Positions 54,671 to 64,000 of a stretch of DNA of 64,000 bases are shown piece after piece (position 1 is the stretch's first letter; each line of letters opens with the position of its first letter). Source of the stretch: Octopus vulgaris (lineage: Eukaryota); assembly GCA_951406725.2 (NCBI GenBank), contig OX597831.1:55242001-55306000 (forward strand), written 5' to 3'. The position numbers were made by a program, and so were the translations under genes. The notes beneath the pieces are model-generated. The model was not told the DNA's origin. It saw nothing but the letters and a program-made list of their open reading frames with translations, and did not search any database.

Positions 54671-55921
54671 AAAGGCAGCAAGCTGGTAGAATTGTTAGCA
54701 TGCCAAGCAAGATGCTTAGCAGCATTTCATTCAGCTTTACACCCTGAGTTCAAATTCCACTGAGGTTGACTTTGTCTTTCATCCTTTCGGGTTCAATAAA
54801 ATAAGTGCCAGTTCTGCACCGGGGTCGATGCAATAGACTTACCCCCTCCTCAAATTTGTTGGCCTTGTACCAAAATTTGAAACCATTATTATTGGTCAAC
54901 TAAAGGCGGCAAGCTGGCAGAATCATTAGCATGCTGAGCAAAACACTTAGCAGGATTTCATCTAAAGGCGGCGAGCTGGCAGAAACGTTAGCATGCCGGG
55001 CGAAATGCTTAGCAATATTTCATCGGCCGCTACGTTTTGAGTTCAAATTCCACCGAGATCAACTTTGCCTTTCATCCTTTCGGGGTCGATTAAGTAAGTA
55101 CCAGTTACGCACTGGGGTTGATATACGAGGGGCGTTCAATAAGTAATGCCCCTGACCCACTTCCCATAGCAGTAGAGCAACGACACTTGGCCCAGTTATT
55201 AGTCTTTTCCTACATTGGAACTACCCAGAGTTATGCATTTCTCCCATCGTTTGATACAGCTCTGGAGACTGTTTTTGTAGAAGACCCCAGCTTGGTCCTC
55301 CAACCACGACGTGACTTCAGAAATCAAGGCTGCATCATCTGGGAAACGCTTTCCTTTCAAAATCAACTTCATGGCTGGGAAGAGGTGAAAATCAGAGGGT
55401 GCAAGGGGAGGAGTTCATAGCTGCATGCCTGTGCTTCTGATCTGGCGACACGCAAGTTGTGGACCGGAGCGTTGTCCTGCAGGAGGAGGATGCCTTTGCT
55501 GATCTTGCCCCGCCTCTTGATTTTGATAGCTTCTCTTAATTTCCTCAAAAGTGAAGCATAATAGGCTCCTGTAATTGTGGTACCCTTTGCCAGGAAATCT
55601 GTCATCACTACTCTGTCCTGGTCCCACCCCCTCCCTCGAAAATGCTGGCCTTGCACCAAAATTTGAAACCAACATTTGTTGCAAACATTACAAGGGGTAA
55701 GTAGAGGTGGCAAGCAGACAGAATTGTTAGAATGCCAGGCAAAATGCTTAGTAGCATTTCATCCATCTTTACATGTTGAGTTCAAATTTTGCCAAGATAC
55801 ACTTTACCTTACATCCTTTTGGGGGGTCAATAAAGTAAGTACCAGTTGAGCACTAAGGTTGATGTAACTGACTAAACCCCTCCCCCAAAATCGCTGGCCT
55901 TGTGCCAAAATTTGAAACCAA
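54671..55921 (+). mobile_element. Cluster of four same-orientation SINE family B copies, one interrupted by mariner
   Basis: Heads at about 54671, 54902, 54964 and 55703. Confidence 0.8.
55126..55625 (-). mobile_element. Truncated mariner transposon (3' part with one TIR) inserted in a SINE
   Basis: TA+CGAGGGGCGTTCAATAAGT terminus; ORF 55369-55713 includes DFLAKGTTITGAYYASLL...LLLQDNAPVH, typical of the mariner catalytic domain. Confidence 0.88.
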
Positions 55922-56449
55922 TACCTCTTGCAAATACTATACTAGTAAGTGATGAGTACAGATTCCATTTCAATATTTTTCCATTCCTTGTAGCATGGCT
56001 TTCCATCTATATGCAAATAGACAATTCAGGAAAGAAACCAAGAGTCATGTAGACTGAGGAATATTTCCTTTATATCATTTCTCACCAGGATATAACTTTA
56101 CTGAATTGGTGGTATTTTAATCTCTTCTTGGTCATCATCTTCATGTTAACATTTCCTATTTTGTTTCTGTTTTACTTGCTAGACCTGACATTCTGTTATA
56201 TGTTTTATCTTTATATATATTTTTACTTCTGTCATTAGACTGTGGCCATGCTGGAGCACCTCCTTGAAGAATGTCTTTTATTTTAGTTGAATGAATCAAC
56301 CCCAATAATTATTTATTTTTTAGCCTGGTACTTATTCAATTAGTTTGTTTTTTTTGCCAAACTGCTAAGTTACAAGGTCGTAAACACACCAACACTGGTT
56401 GTCAAGCTGTGGTGGGGGACGAACATACACACACAAATATATACACATA

Positions 56450-56756
56450 TCATCACCATCATTTAATGTCCATTGTCCATGCTGGCATGGGTTGGACGGT
56501 TTGACTGGGTTGGCACACTGGAAGGCTGCACTAGACTCCAGTCTCATTTGGCATGGTTTTCTACAGCTGGATGCCCTTTCTAATGCCAACCACTCTGAGA
56601 GTGTAATGGGTGCTTTTACGTTCCACCAGCACAGGTGCCCATTTGTATAACACCGGTATCTGCCATGACAGTGGTTTTGCTCGGCTCGATGGGTCTTCTT
56701 CTCAAGTACAACATAATGCCAAAGGTCTTGGTCATTGCCTCTATGAGGCCTAACAC
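56450..56756 (-). mobile_element. RTE LINE 3'UTR/tail fragment
   Basis: ccatgctggcatgggttggacgg...ctggatgccct shared with other copies (also 513-633 + and 45675-45825 -). Confidence 0.7.
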
Positions 56757-56772
56757 TATATATATATATATA

Positions 56773-57552
56773 CTAGCAGCATAGCCCGGCATTGCTCGGG
56801 TATGTAAGAGCCCCTAGTAGGCAACGACTAATCCCAATCTAGTCCTTTCCCTCTAGGGAACGAAGGCGCATGTGTAGGTTGCAATGTCTTCTCTTCACTC
56901 CCAAATAACTATCAAACAGCTATCGATAATTCAACCCAACCAATTCCTACCAGGAAGAAATTACATTCGAGACTTTACCCCCCAATAGCTGCTGCAGCTG
57001 CAAGTTATTTGAATACTTTTTTTGTTTACACTTTCTTTATAACTACCACCCCAAACGTTTTACCTTAAATTTTTGACGTACCCTAAGGGTCCTCGGACGC
57101 TACTTGCAAACTCTTGGTTTATTATAAACCGCTTTTGTCATGTGCACCAAAAAACCTTTTCCATTCGTTTGTTCAGTTTGGTCACTTTTGACTTTTTCGT
57201 TGTTGTCACTCACATTGCTGCCCGCTTTTTTGCCGTTTTTGTACATTTTTATACATTTTGGGATACTTACCCCACGTGTTCCGAGTTAAAAAGGTCGAGT
57301 TGTGTCCCCTAGACAGTTTGTAGAAAATGTGTTGCATATAAAAAGCTTAGATTCTCGACCCATGTCGAATTTATCGATTTTTTTTCAGAACTGGGGGAAC
57401 TTTTCAAAATTTTCGCTGCGTTAGTTTTGAATTATGACATTGGGCTATGTGTGTGTCAAGTTTCATCAGAATCGGTTGAAAGCCGTGGTCAGGGTGAGGG
57501 TACAACCTGACAGACACACAGACAGACAAACTGCCGTTTATATATAGAGAGA
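56773..57552 (-). mobile_element. Non-autonomous Helitron (780 bp)
   Basis: Minus strand begins A|TCTCTCTATATATAAA with (GTCT)n and ends with hairpin cccgagcaatgccggg, then CTAG|T. No TSD; CpG-rich, so probably young. Confidence 0.8.
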
Positions 57553-57564
57553 TACACATATATA

Positions 57565-57770
57565 TATAGTTACACCAAACATGAACAAAGAGAAAACACA
57601 ACAACACGAGGATGTGGAACAAGTATAGTGTTATTGGACGCTCAGGAAAGGAAAGAAAGAAGGAGGATTTAACGTTTCGAGCAGAGCTCTTTGTCAGAAA
57701 CATAGGAAAAGGAAAGGTCCAAGGAAAGGAAGACGGAGAAAGAAAATCGCCAATGATACACACACAGTCA
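57565..57770 (-). mobile_element. Penelope-like terminal repeat fragment with decayed hammerhead
   Basis: Minus strand CTGACAAAGAGCTCTGCTCGAAACGTTA at about 57670-57697; core G8 is mutated to A. Confidence 0.5.
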
Positions 57771-58464
57771 CGACAGTGTTCTTCCATTTTCCAGCTACAA
57801 AGCTACTCACAGGGCTTTGGTCAGCTCAAGGCGATAGTTGAAGACACTTGCCAATGGTGCCACACAGTGGAACTGAATCCAGAGCCATGTGGATAGGAAG
57901 TTTCTTACCACACAGCCACCACAAGCATATTTTCACTGAGCATACCTTTTATCTTTTATTTGTTTCAATCACTGGACTGTATTCATGCTGGGGCACTGCC
58001 TTGAAGTATTAGACGCTCCCTATACTTATGCTTTTTTTAAAGTTTTCTACTCATTTTATTGGCCTCTTTTGCCAAACTGCTAACTTACGGGACATAAACA
58101 AACCAACACCAGTTGTCAAGTGGTGGAGGAGGGTGACAAACACAGACGCAAAGACACACACAAATATACATACTCGCTCTGTGTGTGTGTGTGATTATGT
58201 GTGTGTGAGTATGTGTGTGTTGTGTTGGTTTGTCCCCCATCACTGCTTGACAACCAGTGTTGGTTTTTTTATGTCTCAGTAACTTAACAGTTTAGCAAAA
58301 GAGGTTGATAAGATAAGTATCAGACTTTAAAAAAATATATATTTAAGTACTGGAATCAATTTGATCGACTAAACCCATCAAGGTGGTGCCCAGCATGGCC
58401 ATAAACCAATGAGTGAAACAAGTAAATGAAAAAATCCCAAACTTTTGTATCTTCATACACTAAT

Positions 58465-59021
58465 TGTTGTGAGGATAATAATAATAATGGTACACACCCT
58501 CCCATGTAATGAGTGGTATGTGCGAGTCACTATAAATAAGGTGATGTTGGTCAGTATGAAGAGAGAGTACGAAGTATACATTCCTAGATAGTCATCGTCT
58601 TTCTTGTCTTACTAACTATACTGCTATACCAGAGTGGGTGCTATAACAATCTGACATTAAGGGTGACAACAGTGACAACAAGGAATTAACCAAACAGAAA
58701 AAGTATTAAATGTGCAACTAAGAAAAAAAACCCTCAAAACTGGGAGGTGGCATGATATAAAAAAAATAAAATGTTTTTTTAAAAAAATGACACTCCGTAA
58801 GAAAAAAAGAAAAACTTAAAAGGAGAGATATTGTGGGGATAATAGTAATAATGGTAAGTCCCTCCCACATTTATAGTCGCTATAAATAAGGTGACATCGA
58901 TCAGTATAAAGAGAGAGTATGAAGTATATGGTCATAGATAGTCATGTTCTTACTTGTCTTACTAACTTATAGTGCTATACCAGAGTGGGCATTAAACAAT
59001 CTGACATTAAGGATTACAACA
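58465..59021 (+). mobile_element. TRIM-like miniature LTR retrotransposon (557 bp)
   Basis: Direct repeats 58465-58671 (TGTTG...CAACA) and 58829-59021 (TATTG...CAACA), 157-bp non-coding interior, PBS-like TGACAACAAGG, PPT AAAAGGAGAGA, TSD CTAAT/CTAAC. Confidence 0.85.
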
Positions 59022-59682
59022 CTAACACACACACACACACACATACACATCATGGGCTTCTGCATAGTTAGCATCTGTAAAATTCCACTCACAAGAAACC
59101 AGTTAACCAAAAGCTTTGGTAGAAGACACTTGCTCTATGTGCCATACCACAAGATTGAGCCCAAACTATGAGGTTGTATAATAAATTTTTGAACCATTTA
59201 ACCACAACAGCTGGATACCTTTTTCTCTTTACTTTTATATTTTATGATATCAGCCAATAATAAAATTGTGTACATGGAGGCCACAAAAACAGACAGTTGG
59301 AGGCAATGACCTATAAACCTAACAAAAACACATTACAATATAAATCTAATGATATGATATCTAAGTGGCTACAGAATGTGGCGTCATCAGGTGAATAAAT
59401 TTATATTTGCTGTCTAAGAGCTTAACACCTTTAGGTGTAGGAGCTGTGTGGTAAGAAGTTTGCTTCCCAACCACATGGTACTGGGTTCGGTCTCATTGTG
59501 TAACACCTTGGGTAAGTGTCTTCTACTATAACCACAGGCCAATCAAAATCTTAAGGGTGGATTTAGTAATTTTTTGAATTTGGCAGCACTAGCACGGAAT
59601 ATGATCTCTCTGGTACCGTTAGGTGAAAAGATATTTTCCAGTGCCTTCAAATTTAATATACAATTATTTATAATTGAGGAAT

Positions 59683-59774
59683 CCCTCGCTGAAGAGACGA
59701 AAATAGTCGGGTAAGGTATAATTATTTATTATTTATGCTTTATACTGACTTAATTCCGAAACGTATGTCCGTGG
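59683..59774 (+). ncRNA. Type I hammerhead ribozyme motif (Penelope-associated type) with long stem II
   Basis: CTGAAGA 59689-59695, GAAAC 59758-59762, GTC 59767-59769; stem I cctcg/cgtgg (one mismatch); stem II agtcgg-taaggtataa pairs with ttatgcttta-ctgact. Confidence 0.65.
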
Positions 59775-59978
59775 TAACCTAATATAGAATGATTTTCGTC
59801 ATTTTTTCCCTTTTGCCTGCGTGGTTTGTTTTCAAGTGCTTTGGTTTTTCTGGGAACTCCCTTTAAAGTAGAAGGAATAGCTAAGATTTTTTGACTGCTA
59901 TTTCTAAACTTCAGTATGTGGTGAAGCAAATCATTGCTGAACCCTAATTATATAGTATATATATATATATATATAATA

Positions 59979-60365
59979 CAATGTCTGTCTGAAAATTAAT
60001 ATGACTGGGTGTGCTGTGTGAGCTATGGGTGAAAGAGGGATGATCAGATTGTGCTATCACCTAACATAGTATCTTGAGAGTATATAAGTGTAATCTTAGC
60101 TTGCTGCACCCATTGCATATTTTTTCCCATGCTTTTTCTTTACACTTCTTTTTCAGGCTGTTCAGCTATGAGCAGTGAGGGACAAATGATGAATACCAAG
60201 CAACAAATAAACCTGAAGTTTTTGGTCCAGTTAGGGGAAAATTCTGTCACAAGCACTTGAAATGCTTCAGCAAGTGTATGGAGATAACATCATGCCACGC
60301 ACACGTTTTTAAGCGGCACAAAAGGTACAAAGAGAGGTGTGAGGAAATGGAAGATGACTCCAACT
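59979..60365 (+). mobile_element. Mariner 5' fragment (TIR and HTH region)
   Basis: TA+CAATGTCTGTCTGAAAATTAAT terminus; frameshifted QQINLKFLVQLG...ALEMLQQVYGDNIM...EEMEDDS, resembling a mariner N-terminal HTH. Confidence 0.7.
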
Positions 60366-60539
60366 ATCAACATATACAATTTATGATACAAGATATTGTC
60401 CTATTCAGCTGACGATTAGATTGTGAGTACGGTGAGTTCATCACCCGCCATATTACCATTTTTTCAGTGATAATAAAGAGCTTGATGTTACCTGGGAATG
60501 TCCAAACATTCAAGATGTGCAATGGGTGGTGTATATGTA

Positions 60540-60930
60540 CATGTAAGGAAGTGAGTGTGTGTATGTGAGAGAGAGAGAGTGTGTGTGTAGGGGTGCGCAT
60601 ATGAGGAAATTTGTATATGTGTGTGTTTGTGTGTGAGTAAGTGAATGTGTGAGGAAGTGTATATGTACATGAGGAAGTGCATGTGTGTTTGCATGTGAAG
60701 AAGTGAGGAAACGTGTGTGAGAGAGTGGAAATGTGTGTGTAAAGTGTGTATATGTGCGTGGGTGGGTGTGAGAGAGAGGGGGGGGGGAAATGTGTGTGTA
60801 AAGTGTGTATGTGTGTTTGTGTGAGGGAGAGAGAGAGTGTGGGCAAGGAAGCATGTGTTAAGAAGTGTGTGTGAGGAATGTGTGCGTGAAGAAGCATATG
60901 TGCACACTTGTGTGTGTGAATGTGTGTGCA
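60540..60930. repeat. Degenerate GT/GA-rich low-complexity tract
   Basis: Directly visible; source of the His/Thr-rich pseudo-ORFs. Confidence 0.85.
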
Positions 60931-62132
60931 TGTATTGCTTTGTCTTGTACAAGATGCAAGAGCACCATCATGATATAGTGTGTCCTGAGCATTTCCAGAC
61001 CTGGTGGAGCTCAGCCCACCAGGTGTAACCACAGCCGATTTCTTCCAGAAGAGGGAAAGTCTGAGAAATGTGAAACCAGTATTTTATTTTATTTGACCCA
61101 AACAAACAGAAGGCAACACTGACCCCAGTGGGATTAGGAGAGATTAAAGGGTCAGAATGATTAATACAAAGCAATCTGTCCGACACTCTAACAATTTTAC
61201 CTATTGACTACAATGTATGTGAGGGGAGGGGTATGGCTGCATGGTTGAGAAATTTATTTCCCTACAGTTTGGTTCTGGATTCGATCCTACAGTGTGACAC
61301 CTTCAACAAATGTTTTCTACTCTAGCCCCTAGCTAGCCAAAGCCTTGTGAATGGATGTGCTGGTGTGTGTGTGAGTTGGTGTCCTCCTTCTCTTGACATC
61401 ACATTTGTTGTAAATGATTGTCACTGTCATACAGGCAATGTCGTTCATTTCCAATAATCCCTAAAAACAAACATACCTGGTCACAGGGAAATATCACCTT
61501 ACTTAAAAACAGGTGAGTTTTGGTGACTGGAATGGCATCAATCCATAGAAAATTTGCCTCAACATAATTCCATCCAACCATGCAAGCATGGAAAAGTGTA
61601 CGTTATGATGATAGTGATGATGATGGAAATACAGCATGTGAATATTCATATTGAGACATAAAGTGTTTATATTACATGGATCTGTTATATGGTGTGTAAC
61701 TGTATAAAGCTGAGGTAGTGAATTCCTCCCATGAGCCTTTCTCTCGTCTACCTCAATAAATCATTTGATCGCAGTTTTATTATTCTTCATTTGAGGTTAG
61801 ATTAACGTTTCAGAGTAATAGCATAGTTGAGATAACTGGTTTAGTTAAAAGATCAATCACCTAGAGACAATTATCACAACCAAGAATAAAAGAGGGTCAT
61901 ATTTGGTAGTAGCAGAAACATGTTTAGAAAGAGTTGAAGGAGGAGAAAAGTGCTGAGAAAAGTAGAAAATGACATGTAGTTTGGTGAGTCAGAAACAATG
62001 ATTGAATTAAATACTGTCACGGAAAAATAAAATTTTATAGACATAATAACAGAACACAACCGCTAATGTTGATTTACAAAGATACACAACTACAACTTTT
62101 TCTATAAAGCTGTAGAAAAAGTGATTCTAAAG

Positions 62133-63274
62133 TGTCAGAGAAACACTCTGGAACTTCTGGAGCTCTCACAGTCTCATCCGACCCTCACAATATGGATTTG
62201 TCCCTAACTCCAGCTGCAGTGACCAGCTTGTCGAGTTCCTTGAGGACATTACTCAGATTACTGACAGTGGCTCATGGGTGGATGTTGTCTACCTTGACTT
62301 TGCTAAGGCTTTCAACTCTGTGCCACACAAAAGGCTTATGGTGAAACTCTCTGCAATGGGTGTGGGGGATGACCTTTTTAACTGGTTGAAATCCTTCATC
62401 CTCAGCCGAAAGGAGGTAGTCACAGTTCTAGGACAGCACTCTACACCATATGAGATGTCATCGGGTGTACCACAGGGATCTGTCCTTGGCCCCCTCTTGT
62501 TTGTGGCATACATTAACGACATAGATGCCAATTTAAAGAATGCCACAGTATTGAAATATGCAGACGACATCAAGCTGTACCTTGAAATCAAGAGGACAGA
62601 TCCTGATGTCTACAACTCTTTCCTGCAATCAGACCTAGACACAATGCAGCAATGGATCACAGACTGGCAACTGAAACTGGCTGTGGACAAGTGTACCACC
62701 ATGCATTTTGGGAGAAAAAACCCTGCGTTCACATACTCCCTCCACAACACTGATATCAAGAAATCCTCTTGCGAGCGTGACCTAGGCATCACTGTCAGCA
62801 GTGATTTGCGTTGGTCAAAGCATATCTCTAAGATTGTCAGGAAGGCCGAGGGTGTCTTGGCATCACTCAGCAGGTCTTTTGTTAGCCGCTCTCCAGCCAT
62901 CTATTTAAAACTGTATACAGCTATGGTACGACCACACTTGGAATTCGCATCATCAGTTTGGAACCCCTATCTTGCACAGAACATTGACCTCCTGGAATCT
63001 GTCCAGAGACGTGCAACCAAACGCATACCCTCCATCAGACACCTACCATATTCTGAGCGCCTTGTTTCCCTGGGCATGGATTCACTGAAGCTCCGGCGTT
63101 TGGCGACGGACTTGGTAAACACCCACAAAGTTATCAACCACCTCACCAACAACAACACTGAACACCTTTTTGATCTCCATGTGTCTAACACACGTGGACA
63201 TGCCTAGAAAAGTCAGAAAACAATACAGCTCCCATGACTTTCGGAAACATTTTTCACGCTCAGAGTGCTGAAGC
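62133..63274 (+). mobile_element. CR1-clade LINE reverse transcriptase fragment
   Basis: Frame open 62134-63207: SQYGF, VYLDFAKAFNSVPH, GVPQGSVLGPLLF, YADD, VRPHLEFASSVWNP, TRGH. Truncated at both ends, no 3' tail. Confidence 0.93.
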
Positions 63275-63559
63275 AATGATTGAATTAAATACTGTCCTGG
63301 AAAAATAAAATTTTGATGACATAACACTGAACATCAAGGCCCCGCTTTCAAATGTTGACTTCACCTGATTAAGATACACACTTTAGATGAGTTTTGCACC
63401 TGAGCACTGTACACAAAAAGTGATTCTAAAGGATCCAGGCACAAACTGAAACAGAACATTTGAATGTAATTTTCAATCCCACTTTGAGAATTTTAAGCTT
63501 TTGCATTTAAACTGACCATATCTGGCCCAAATATTCTGCCTGTTTTAAGTTCATACGAA

Positions 63560-64000
63560 CAAAACGCCCCACCCCCACCCCCACCCCCGTCCAATGAACA
63601 GTGCTGAATCATATCTGCTGAATAAAAAGCAATCAGTGTTTTCTTTTCATTAAAAAAATAATTAAGCATGCCTTTATTTCAATAAAATTTTTGGTTTTGT
63701 TAAATGAAGTTAAGGCAAAACAAAAACTTCTTGAGAAACCAAATAGTCTTTCCTTCCTTCATGCCAAGTTTGAAGAAAATATTTCTTTTGCATCTTACTT
63801 TTTTGGTCTCTTAAATATACTGCATTTTGTGGCATTATTTCAAGCCTGCCGGCTTTTTTTGCGCAAACTGCACGTGCATTTTTCTTGCATACGTGTAGTA
63901 TTGATCGCAACAGCTGATGTACTTGTGCGTACAAATGCACGTTCCCATGGCTTTATCGATCACATTCTCACCTGGAATCGATTTTTGTAATTTTTTTCAA
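63560..64000 (-). mobile_element. Second copy of the 39200-39577 repeat, running off the window
   Basis: acaaatgcacgttcc...ctttatcgatcacattctcacctggaatcgatttt and ccaatg(a/g)acagtgctga are shared by both copies. Confidence 0.6.

Noticed and set aside
60367-61032. 221-aa His/Thr-rich ORF
   Set aside because: Low-complexity GT-rich tract open in several frames.

Overview
AT-rich, microsatellite-dense eukaryotic DNA, most likely from an octopus (inferred from its SINE/LINE content). The window appears to lie inside a minus-strand CEP78 gene: three short LRR-coding exons (47770-47939, 42088-42160, 36290-36393) splice in frame, and I found no flanking exons inside the window. A plus-strand single-coding-exon gene (16023-16766) is nested antisense in the apparently >36 kb intron. 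It encodes an unrecognised single-pass membrane protein with adaptor-like tyrosine motifs. The rest is transposon debris: tRNA-derived SINEs, RTE/CR1/R4-type LINE fragments, Penelope-like relics with hammerhead ribozyme motifs, a deleted Gypsy element, a 557-bp TRIM-like element, DD41D and mariner transposons, non-autonomous Helitrons and MITEs. Most ORF-track entries are microsatellite or TE artefacts. All calls are by eye; repeat boundaries are approximate.
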